Assembly (NCBI GenBank): GCA_963720765.1
Contig: CAVRGS010000001.1
Coordinates: 42,281-106,280 of the forward strand
Direction: 5' to 3'
Length of the DNA stretch: 64,000 bases
From: an uncultured Actinomycetes bacterium
Lineage (GTDB): Bacteria; Actinomycetota; Acidimicrobiia; IMCC26256; DASPTH01
Positions 21,578 through 29,537 of this stretch are shown here, in pieces. Both the position numbers and the translations under genes were made by a program. How positions within the stretch are numbered: the stretch's first letter is position 1; each line of letters opens with the position of its first letter. Under the pieces are notes generated by a model. That model worked only from the letters and a program-made list of their open reading frames with translations, was not told the origin of the DNA and ran no database searches.

Positions 21578-22402
21578 GTGCACCTCGGTGCGCGTACCGT
21601 CAAGGCCGTGACGACCATCGCAGCGGCATCGCCTCGTCTCGGCCAACTCCTGAAGACGTGGAGAGCGAAGCGTCGCCTGAGTCAACTCGACCTCGCCAGC
21701 CGGGCCGGCGTCTCACCTCGCCATCTCTCGTTCGTCGAGACGGGCCGTTCGAAGCCCAGTCGTGAGATGGTCCTGCACCTCGCCGAGCATCTCGACGTGC
21801 CCTTGCGCGATCGCAACGTGTTGCTGACGGCGGCCGGGTTCGCGCCGGTCTACCGGGAGTCGGCGCTCGACGCTCCCGACCTGGCGAGCGTCCGTCAGGC
21901 GATCGAGGTCATCCTCGCCAACCACGCGCCGTGTCCGGCGTTCGTCATCGACGGCGCGTGGAACCTCGTCGAGGCCAACGCGGGCGTCGCCGCATTCCTG
22001 GAGCTGATCTCGCCGGAACTCCTCGAGCCGCCGATGAACGTCATCCGGGCCAGCCTCCATCCGAGCGGCCTCTCTCGTTTCATCGTGAACTTCGACGAGT
22101 ACGCCACCCACGTGATCGAGCGGCTCAACCGCCAGCTGGCGGCGACATCGGATCCTGGGCTGAAGGCTCTCCTCGAGGAGGTGTCGGCGTATCCCGATGT
22201 CGCACGCGCGCTCGGCGACGGCGTGGTGCTCCCGCCACCGGCCGCGGTGCTCCCGATGCACTTCCGCCTCGACGACGACGCGGAGCTGCGCTTCTTCTCC
22301 ACGATGACGGTGTTCGGCTCGCCGCTGGACGTGACGATCGCCGAACTCGCCATCGAGAGCTTCTTCCCCGCCGACGAAGCGACCGCGGCGCGCTTTCGAT
22401 GA
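21578..22402 (+). CDS. XRE-family HTH regulator with MmyB-like C-terminal domain
   Basis: LGQLLKTWRAKRRLSQLDLASRAGVSPRHLSFVETGRSKPSREMVLHLAEHLDVPLRDRN, followed by a ~180-aa ligand-type domain (PAFVIDGAWNLVEAN). Divergent from the SnoaL-like gene. Confidence 0.75.
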   Translation: MHLGARTVKAVTTIAAASPRLGQLLKTWRAKRRLSQLDLASRAGVSPRHLSFVETGRSKPSREMVLHLAEHLDVPLRDRNVLLTAAGFAPVYRESALDAPDLASVRQAIEVILANHAPCPAFVIDGAWNLVEANAGVAAFLELISPELLEPPMNVIRASLHPSGLSRFIVNFDEYATHVIERLNRQLAATSDPGLKALLEEVSAYPDVARALGDGVVLPPPAAVLPMHFRLDDDAELRFFSTMTVFGSPLDVTIAELAIESFFPADEATAARFR

Positions 22403-22433
22403 ACCGCGCCGACGATGGTCGGGACCTGTTCGG

Positions 22434-22589
22434 TCAGTCGTCGAAGCCTTCGTACTTGCGGAACTCGGCCTCACCCATCTCTCCGGGTTCGTCGGTGTCC
22501 ACGTAGTCGCGTCGACGCCTCATCGACACCGTGCCCGCGATCACGGCCAGCACGGCAAGGACGGCGAAGATGCCCAATCCGATGTACAT
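22434..22589 (-). CDS. small single-pass membrane protein (51 aa), below the ORF-track size cutoff
   Basis: My own translation: MYIGLGIFAVLAVLAVIAGTVSMRRRRDYVDTDEPGEMGEAEFRKYEGFDD. One TM helix, a positive-inside RRRR, and an acidic tail. Confidence 0.35.
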   Translation of the reverse strand: MYIGLGIFAVLAVLAVIAGTVSMRRRRDYVDTDEPGEMGEAEFRKYEGFDD

Positions 22590-22727
22590 CGCCTGACCCT
22601 ATCCCGGAAGGATCGCGTTCCCGAGCGCGAGATGGCCTGAGGCCGTCGAAGCCGCGGCTACGGTCGCTGCGCATGGACCTCCGGGACTGCGCTCCGCTGG
22701 AGTTCCTCAACCTCACCATCGACGAAG

Positions 22728-23753
22728 GTGGTGACGCGGCAGAGCACGACCGGCCTCTGGTTCGCAGTGGACCGGGATCGCGTCGTCACGGTGCTCACGG
22801 ACATCCGCCCGGCCGCGCTGCTGGAGGAGCATCCGCGAGTTCGCGTCTCGTTCTCCGATCGTCGTGGTGACTTCGGTGCCGAAGATGTCGCGGCGGTTGC
22901 TCGGCCGCTCCCGTCATCCGAGCACGCGCGGGTCACCGCCCTGCTGAACGAGAAGTACGGATGGCGTCGACGCTCGTTCCGCTTCGTGTTCTGGTTCACC
23001 CGTCGCCTCGGCGCCGCGTGGGACGGGCACGACCATGCATTCGAGCTGCACCTCGCGCCTGACAGCCCGGGTGTCGAGACTCCTTCCTTTTCGCTGCTCG
23101 AGAGGAGCGCTCCAGTGCCCGCTGCCGACATCGCCACGGTCACCGTCGACGCGTTGGCGATGAAATCCGCGCTCGACCACCTGACCGAGGTGGCGGTGCC
23201 GCTCGGCATGCGACTGAGCGTGCACGACGAGTCGGTCGACTTCTCGTTCCACGACCCCGAACGAGGATGGTGGGCGACCACTCGCTGCCGGAGCTCGCGT
23301 GTCCCGTCGTCGGGATCGCCGTCGCAGGCTGCGGTGACCGTCCCACGCCTGCTGGTCCGCGAGGCGATCGAGCTCGCACAGCTCGATCCAGTCGGCCGCT
23401 ACGAGTTGTCGGTGCACGACGGCGAGAGCGTCCACATCGGGGACACGGCCATCGCCGCTTCGCACTCGTGGCCCGAGATCCCGCCGCCGCCGTCATCGGG
23501 CGCCGGCTCGCTCCTCCTGCGCGACGTCGAGCTCCCGACCGGTTCGTGGGAGCCCGACGAGAAGGTGACGTTCCTCGCCGGCGGGGCGGAGGTGACCACG
23601 ACGGGCGAGCTGCTCGAGCGATTCGAGGGTCGAGAGATCACGCAGGTCTCTCTCTACGTGGACGACGCCGGCGCCCGTCTCGTGGGGGCAACCGGTGAAG
23701 CGGACGAAGCGGATCGCCTGGTCCTGGTCGTCCTGGCCGACGTCAGGCCGTAG
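22728..23753 (+). CDS. hypothetical protein; N-terminal part resembles a PPOX-like split-barrel domain, C-terminal ~200 aa unknown
   Basis: 341-aa ORF with a GTG start. LWFAVDRDRVVTVLTD...HPRVRVSFSD...LNEKYGW...AFELHL resembles pyridoxamine-5-phosphate-oxidase-like proteins. The rest has no family I recognise. Confidence 0.5.
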   Translation: MVTRQSTTGLWFAVDRDRVVTVLTDIRPAALLEEHPRVRVSFSDRRGDFGAEDVAAVARPLPSSEHARVTALLNEKYGWRRRSFRFVFWFTRRLGAAWDGHDHAFELHLAPDSPGVETPSFSLLERSAPVPAADIATVTVDALAMKSALDHLTEVAVPLGMRLSVHDESVDFSFHDPERGWWATTRCRSSRVPSSGSPSQAAVTVPRLLVREAIELAQLDPVGRYELSVHDGESVHIGDTAIAASHSWPEIPPPPSSGAGSLLLRDVELPTGSWEPDEKVTFLAGGAEVTTTGELLERFEGREITQVSLYVDDAGARLVGATGEADEADRLVLVVLADVRP

Positions 23754-23781
23754 CCCCCGTCGGGCACGCCGCCGAGACCGA

Positions 23782-24624
23782 TCAGGCGGGCGCGAAGACC
23801 CGTATCTCCACCGCGCCGACGTTGCCTCCGGTGGACGCGGTGACGTCGAACCGCACGATGCGTCCCGTCTCGTGGACCGCGCTGGGTCGCGGCTTCGCCA
23901 CGGTTCCCGCGGGAAACGGCCCCAACGGTGGACCGCCGTCGACCTGGAGAGTGAACCGGCGCGTGATCGCGCTGCCGTCGGCCATCGAGCGCGTCACGAA
24001 TTCGACCGCGGCGATCTGGGTGGGCGCGCCGAGATCGAGGGTGATCGACCCGCGATCTCCGTCGCCCTTGGTCGACCACTCGGTCGTGGTCTTGCCGTCG
24101 ACCGCATCCGCTCCTGCGAACGCGGCGGAGAACTCGGAGCTCGTCGCGACCACCGTCGCACCTTGCGCGGCGTTGCGCAGTCCGTCGGTCAACGGGCTGG
24201 ATTCGGTGTGGACGGTCGGGAGCTCGAACCGTCGAACCGGTGAACGGTAGAGGGTTCCGTCGGCCGTCGTTCCCTGCACCAGGTAGAAGTACCTGACTCC
24301 GCCTTTGACCGCGGGCAGCAGCACGTCGTGCTGCGCGATCCCCGTTCCGTTCATCGACAGGCTGTTGTTGAATCGGCCCAGCGCACGGGTCGGGCCCCAG
24401 ACGATGGCGCAGATCATCGGCTCCTTCGTCGTCACACGGAAGACGCCCCGACTCGGATCCGACTGGTCGCGTTCGAAGAGGATCTTGCTCGCCTGGATCT
24501 CGGCAAAGGGCCGTACCGACACGTGCGGCGATGCTGATGCCGCCGTGAGGACGGGAACACCGAGCAGGACCAGGGTGAGCGCAAGCGCTCTGGCCGCGAA
24601 CAGTCGGGTGCGTGCCGGCGCCAT
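23782..24624 (-). CDS. secreted protein with C-terminal F5/8 type C (discoidin) carbohydrate-binding-like domain
   Basis: Signal peptide MAPARTRLFAARALALTLVLLGVPVLTAASA. C-terminal ATSSEFSAAFAGADAVDGKTTTEWSTKGDGDRGSITLDLGAPTQIAAVEF...VGAVEIRVFA. Confidence 0.7.
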   Translation of the reverse strand: MAPARTRLFAARALALTLVLLGVPVLTAASASPHVSVRPFAEIQASKILFERDQSDPSRGVFRVTTKEPMICAIVWGPTRALGRFNNSLSMNGTGIAQHDVLLPAVKGGVRYFYLVQGTTADGTLYRSPVRRFELPTVHTESSPLTDGLRNAAQGATVVATSSEFSAAFAGADAVDGKTTTEWSTKGDGDRGSITLDLGAPTQIAAVEFVTRSMADGSAITRRFTLQVDGGPPLGPFPAGTVAKPRPSAVHETGRIVRFDVTASTGGNVGAVEIRVFAPA

Positions 24625-24660
24625 CGCGCGACCGTAGACCTGGTGTCGCGGGCAGGTCGA

Positions 24661-25678
24661 TCAGCCGAGGTGCTGCGCGGCACGGGTCGTGCCGGGACGC
24701 AGCTCGACCGAGGTGCTCGGGATCAGTTCCACCTGCACGGTCACATCGTCGACACCGGCGGCGGTCAGCGCGGCATCGAGGGTCTCGGTGTCCGGGGCCG
24801 GCGAGGGCCCGGTGACGCGGACGAGCACGCCCTGCGGTTGCGTTGCCACCGACGCAACCTCCCACCCGCCGTGCTTCGCCCATGTCGTCGCGACGTCCTG
24901 CACCGTGGATTCGGTCGAGGTGTTCGAGGCGATGCGTACCGAGGTGAACGCCAGGGGGACGGCGATGACGGCGAGGCCGATCACGATGGCGACCACGGCA
25001 CGGCGCCGGTGGAGCTCACGGTGGGGGAACTCGGTCTGCTCCGCGCTGGCGCGGTGGATCCGGTAGATCGCCATGACCAGGAGACCCGTCGCGAGGATCG
25101 CGCTCGACATTCGTGGCGAACAGCAGGAGCGCGCCCAGTGCCTGGTCGGGTGCTCCCGATTCGAGGGTCAGGCCCACGACCGCCAGCGGCGGGACCAGCG
25201 AGATCGCGATGGCGACACCGGGCAGCGTGTCCGAGATGTCATCACGCGCCAAGGCGATCGACCCGACGGCACCGGTTGCGAGGGCGGCCACGAGGTCGAT
25301 CAGGCGCGGCGACACGCGCGAGGCCACCTGCGCGTTCGTCGCCGCCACCACCGGCGATTGCACGAGGAGCCCGATGAGCCATCCGATCGCGACCACCGCA
25401 GCGGCGCCGCCGGCGACGAGTCCAGCGCATCGGACGAGGTTGTCGCGATCTGCCAGCACGACCGCGACGACGGACCCGAGGATCGGGACCATCAGCGGTG
25501 CGACGATCATGGCGCCGATCACCGTGGCGGTGGAGTCGGCGACGACTCCGGCGGCGGCGATCACGCCCGCGAGGAGCAGGAGGAGCCAGTAGCGGCTGAG
25601 CTTCCGTCCGACGTCGGGACCCTCGAAGAAGAGCTGCGCTTTCATCCGCGCGACGCCGACCACTGGGCTGAGTGCCAT
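24661..25678 (-). pseudogene. DUF389-type integral membrane protein, apparently split by a frame change near 25105-25112
   Basis: ORF 25016..25678 (VIGAMIVAPLMVPILG, ...GALLLFATN) continues naturally into ORF 24661..25110 (SSAILATGLLVMAIYRI...) in another frame. Two separate products are possible but less likely. Confidence 0.55.
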
Positions 25679-25735
25679 CCAAGTCCCTCCGAGCGTGTGC
25701 CGACCGACCGACGTTGTCTGAGATCGATGCGTGCC

Positions 25736-26464
25736 TCAGCGAGCGAAGACGCGTTGCAGGAGCAGGAGCGTGCCGTTCCAGGAGAGGTCGTTCGAGAGCG
25801 CGTCGAAGGCCACTCCTTCGACCTGCAGCACGCCGGCTTCGGGGTCGGTGAAGCCGTGACTGGCACCGCCGAACACGGTGATCTGGTATTGCTCCACCTC
25901 GGCGTCCAGGAGCTCCTTGCGCAGGGCGTCGACGTCCGCGAGGGGTGCGAAAGGATCGCCGGCGCCGCAATACGCGACGACGTGCGCACGTACCGCCCCT
26001 CGTTCGGCCGGGGCGTGGGTCGGCAGGATGCCGTGGTAGCTGACGGCGGCCTTCAGGTTCGCACCGCTGCGGGCCAGTTCGAGCACGGTGTGGCCGCCGT
26101 AGCAGAAGCCGATGGCCGCGATGCGCGTGTCGTCGACATCGGCACGACCGGAGACCTGCTCGAGCCAGGCGACGGTTCGTGCGCGCTCCACCTCGGGGGC
26201 CGCGAGGTTGTCCGCGTAGGCGGTGGCGGTGAGCTCGATCGGCGCCGCTTCGAGGTGTGCGCCGTACATGTCGGTGCACACCGCGACGTATCCCAGTCTC
26301 GCGAGCTCCCGTGCGGCGCGCTCGTTGACGGCGTGCGCGATTCCGAGCGCGCTGTGCATCACGAGGACTGCAGGAGCGGGCCCGTCGTGGTCCGGCCGGG
26401 CCACGTGACCGCGCAGCTGCGTGCCTTCGTGCTCGAACTCGATGCTCTCCAGGCCGTCGAACAT
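25736..26464 (-). CDS. dienelactone hydrolase family protein
   Basis: Start at MFDGLESIEFEHEG. PAVLVMHSALG, IAAIGFCYGG (nucleophile elbow) and GASHGFTDP are a typical DLH alpha/beta hydrolase signature. Confidence 0.8.
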   Translation of the reverse strand: MFDGLESIEFEHEGTQLRGHVARPDHDGPAPAVLVMHSALGIAHAVNERAARELARLGYVAVCTDMYGAHLEAAPIELTATAYADNLAAPEVERARTVAWLEQVSGRADVDDTRIAAIGFCYGGHTVLELARSGANLKAAVSYHGILPTHAPAERGAVRAHVVAYCGAGDPFAPLADVDALRKELLDAEVEQYQITVFGGASHGFTDPEAGVLQVEGVAFDALSNDLSWNGTLLLLQRVFAR

Positions 26465-26528
26465 GCGTCTCCTCCGAGATGGTCGGAGCCGCATTCTGCC
26501 GGAACCGAGGGACCGGTGCTGTGTGCGG

Positions 26529-27188
26529 TCAGGTCGATGCGCCCGCGTGGTCCGCGGCACCACGGTCGTGCTCCGTGAGTGGCCCCACCCGGCGTTGCAG
26601 GTGCATCCCGAGCTGCCCGATCCAGGCGCGGACCGAACGGGCGTCGGCTGAGGGCACGCGGGCCGACGCCATCGGTGCCGCCAGGACGGGAGCGGGGAGT
26701 GGGGGAGCCGGAGGTGGAACGGGCGGCCAGGGCGCGAGAACGGGGGGCTCGGTCGTCGCGGGCTCGCGCGTCGTGGGCTCGCGGTTCGCGGGCTCGCGCG
26801 TCGCGGGCTCGGCCGTCGCGCCCCACCACTCCTCGGCGTCGTCGTCGGGCTCGTCGAGCACGATCGGAGTCGGTCCTGCCCGCCGGCCGACGATCGCGTG
26901 TGCCGTACCGATGCATCGGGACGCCAAGGACTCGAGGCTGACCGCGACCGACACCCGCAGCGGCAACCTGACGACCCGATGCAGACCGTGGAGCGGCGCG
27001 ACCGCGGGGTTGCTGATCGCGAGGACCGCGAGGCAGCACGCAGCGGCACCCAGCAGCGCGACCGAAGCCGCGGGGCTCCTCGGCAACGCGGTGCCGACGG
27101 CGATGCCGATCACGGCAACCGACGCGCCGACCAGTGCGTTCCGACGCGTGCGCCGACGTTCGTCTCGGCGGATTCGACGAGTTTCCAT
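26529..27188 (-). CDS. hypothetical membrane protein with Pro/Thr/Glu-rich pentapeptide repeats
   Basis: METRRIRRDERRRTRRN, then two hydrophobic helices, an acidic stretch, (A/T)(T/N)xEP x5, and a PPVPPPAPPLPAP tract. No known family. Confidence 0.45.
   Translation of the reverse strand: METRRIRRDERRRTRRNALVGASVAVIGIAVGTALPRSPAASVALLGAAACCLAVLAISNPAVAPLHGLHRVVRLPLRVSVAVSLESLASRCIGTAHAIVGRRAGPTPIVLDEPDDDAEEWWGATAEPATREPANREPTTREPATTEPPVLAPWPPVPPPAPPLPAPVLAAPMASARVPSADARSVRAWIGQLGMHLQRRVGPLTEHDRGAADHAGAST
26746..26820. repeat. 15-bp tandem repeat x5 (ggctcgcgcgtcgcg-like units), inside a coding region
   Basis: Units at 26746, 26761, 26776, 26791 and 26806. On the minus strand they encode ATAEP-ATREP-ANREP-TTREP-ATTEP. 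Confidence 0.85.
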
Positions 27189-27249
27189 CCTGCCTCTCTT
27201 CAGGTTGGCGACTCGCCCGCTTCGCTCGGGAAGTGTAGGGACGCGTGGC

Positions 27250-27267
27250 GTGCGGGTGCGCCCGCAC
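27250..27267. promoter_or_regulatory. GC hairpin / short palindrome in a divergent intergenic region
   Basis: GTGCGGG-tgcg-CCCGCAC, a perfect 7-bp stem, between divergent starts at 27188 (-) and 27345 (+). A TTGACG hexamer lies about 20 bp downstream. Confidence 0.3.
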
Positions 27268-27344
27268 ACGAGAATTGATGCGAGGTTGACGGAATGGATG
27301 TCGGCGGTGGAGCACGTGTGCGCTGTCGGCCATGATGGGGCGCG

Positions 27345-28736
27345 ATGCGTACCTTGGACACCGACTATCTGGTCGTCGGCGCCGGCGCGATGGGGATGGC
27401 GTTCACCGACGCGCTGATCGACCACGCCGACGTGCACGTGACGCTCGTCGACCGCCGATACGCCCCGGGTGGGCACTGGCAGGACGCCTACCCGTTCGTG
27501 CAACTGCACCAGGCGTCGCTGTTCTACGGCGTGGCGTCGACCGTGCTGGGTACCGGCGCGGTCCAACAGCGGGGACCCGAGACCGGACTCCAGGAGCGAG
27601 CACGACGTTCCGAGATCCAGGCGTACTTCGACGACATCCTCTACCGTCGGTTCCTCGCGACCGGACGAGTGACCTTCCTCGCGGCGACCGAGTACACGAC
27701 CGACGGCACCGCGCACTTCGTCACGTCGCGCGTCTCGGGGGAGCGCTCCCGTGTGGATGTGCGCCGCCGCGTCGTCGACGCCACCTACCTGTCGCCGACG
27801 ATCCCGGCGACGACCCCGCCGCCGTTCGGGGTCGCCGACGACGCGCGTGTCGTTGCGGTCAACCAGCTCCCTGACATCGTCGAAGCGCCGAGCGAGTACG
27901 TGGTCGCGGGTGCGGGGAAGACGGCCACTGACGCGATCATCTGGTTGCTGCACAACGGCGTCGACCCCGACCGGATCGTGTGGACCCGGCCGCGCGATCC
28001 GTGGATGCTGAACCGCGCACTCGTGCAGCCCGACCCGGTGGTCGCCTTCGGACTCGCCGCCGACACCATGGCGGCCGCCGCCGAAGCAGCATCCCTCGAC
28101 GACCTGTTCTTGCGTCTGGAAGCCGACGGGATCATGCTCCGAGTCGATCGCGACGTTCTCCCCACCATGGCCAAGACGCCGACCCTCGGTACCTGGGAGC
28201 TCGAACTCCTGCGGAGCATCGAGCGCGTCGTGCGTCTGGGCCACATCCGGCAGGTGACGCGCTCGGAGTTGGTGCTCGGCCAGGGCGTGGTGCCGCTCGC
28301 ACCTGACTCGCTCGTCGTGCACTGCGCGGCCTCGGGATTGCAGTACCCGCCCATGGTGCCCATCTGGGGACCGGACGCGATCCGGCTCCAGACCGTCCGC
28401 GTCGGATTCCCCTGCTTCAACGCCGCCCTGACCGGGTACGTCGAGGCCACCCGGGACGACGACCGGGAACGGAACCGTCTCTGCCCACCGAACCTCTACG
28501 GCAACAGCGCCGCAGAGTGGGCGGAGATGCAAGCGCGCGGTGCGGTGGCGGGAGCGATCTTCGGTGCCGAACCCGACATCGCGGCGTGGGCGAACGAGTG
28601 CGCATTGAACCCGAGCCGCGTCGATTCGGCGCGGCGCGATGATCCCATGGTCCGACGCGCGGCGGCGCGCCTCGCCGAGTCGCGAGAGCGCGGTCTCGCA
28701 CGGCTCACCGAGCTGGCGGGCACCGGAAGCGGCTGA
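27345..28736 (+). CDS. FAD/NAD(P)-binding oxidoreductase
   Basis: N-terminal dinucleotide-binding motif DYLVVGAGAMGMAF, and a second GxGxxA motif YVVAGAGKTATDA. 463 aa. Confidence 0.7.
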   Translation: MRTLDTDYLVVGAGAMGMAFTDALIDHADVHVTLVDRRYAPGGHWQDAYPFVQLHQASLFYGVASTVLGTGAVQQRGPETGLQERARRSEIQAYFDDILYRRFLATGRVTFLAATEYTTDGTAHFVTSRVSGERSRVDVRRRVVDATYLSPTIPATTPPPFGVADDARVVAVNQLPDIVEAPSEYVVAGAGKTATDAIIWLLHNGVDPDRIVWTRPRDPWMLNRALVQPDPVVAFGLAADTMAAAAEAASLDDLFLRLEADGIMLRVDRDVLPTMAKTPTLGTWELELLRSIERVVRLGHIRQVTRSELVLGQGVVPLAPDSLVVHCAASGLQYPPMVPIWGPDAIRLQTVRVGFPCFNAALTGYVEATRDDDRERNRLCPPNLYGNSAAEWAEMQARGAVAGAIFGAEPDIAAWANECALNPSRVDSARRDDPMVRRAAARLAESRERGLARLTELAGTGSG

Positions 28737-29284
28737 TGGCATCGTCCAAGTACGTCGCACTGCTCCGCGGCATCAACGTGGGTGGCCGCAACAAGGTGCC
28801 CATGGCCGAGCTGCGCGGCGCCTTCGAGGACGCGGGGTACACCGACGTGCGCACCTACATCCAGTCGGGCAACGTGTTGTTCGGGTCGGAGGCGCCCCGA
28901 GCGTCGCTCGAAGCCGAGGTCGAGACGATGCTCGAACGCCACCTCGGGTATCCGCTCGTCGTCGTGGTCCGCTCGCGCGCGCAGCTCCGATCGGTCGTCG
29001 CCAAGGCGCCGGCGCAATTCGGTGCGACCCCCGGCACCTACCACTCGGACGCGATCTTCCTGCGCGCGCCGCTCACCCCGGCTCAGGTGATGGCGATCGT
29101 GAAGCTGCGCGACGGTGTCGACCGGGCATGGGCAGGGCGGGGCGTGGTGTACTTCGCCCGGCTCAGTGCCCAGCGGACGAAGAGCCGCATGTCGAGCATC
29201 ATGGGGACGCCCGAGTACGCGAACATGACGATCCGGAACTGGGCGACCACGACGAAGCTGCTGGCGCTGCTCGACGGGGAATGA
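28736..29284 (+). CDS. DUF1697 domain-containing protein
   Basis: YVALLRGINVGGRNKVPMAELR is the signature N-terminus of the DUF1697 family. The start overlaps the upstream stop. Confidence 0.75.
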   Translation: MASSKYVALLRGINVGGRNKVPMAELRGAFEDAGYTDVRTYIQSGNVLFGSEAPRASLEAEVETMLERHLGYPLVVVVRSRAQLRSVVAKAPAQFGATPGTYHSDAIFLRAPLTPAQVMAIVKLRDGVDRAWAGRGVVYFARLSAQRTKSRMSSIMGTPEYANMTIRNWATTTKLLALLDGE

Positions 29285-29537
29285 CGCGGTTGGCTCGCCA
29301 GCTGATGGTCGGCAGCAATCGATCTCCCCGGCCGTCGAGGAGTCCCATCCGGTAGCTGATGGATCACGGCGCCAAGACAGCCGAGAGCAGCACCCAACTC
29401 GAGCAGCTGCTCAGCGGGCGTTCGACCGAACCGGTCTCCTCTGCCAGCAACTCGTCGAGCAACCGGGGATCCGCAGTCATCGTCCGGTTCGGGAACCAGG
29501 GGTGGTCGGGGAGCTCGATCATGGGGGAGTGCCGCGG

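Noticed and set aside
26746-26820. The 15-bp tandem repeats as a CRISPR-like or non-coding satellite
   Set aside because: There are no spacers and the units are contiguous and in-frame within a coding region. It is a coding minisatellite, not a CRISPR array.
26529-28760. The 743-aa minus-strand ORF taken as one gene
   Set aside because: Only its last 219 codons (from METRRIRR at 27188) look protein-like. The upstream part is antisense to the well-supported FAD/NAD(P)-binding oxidoreductase gene at 27345..28736.
29300-29522. Small minus-strand ORF starting 15 nt after the amidohydrolase stop (MIELPDHPWFPNRTMTADPRLLDELLAEETGSVERPL...), possibly continuing in another frame as AEQLLELGAALG...
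   Set aside because: There is no RBS, no recognisable family and no clean stop in the continuing frame, which runs antisense into the DUF1697 gene. It may be a decayed remnant. Evidence is insufficient to call it.
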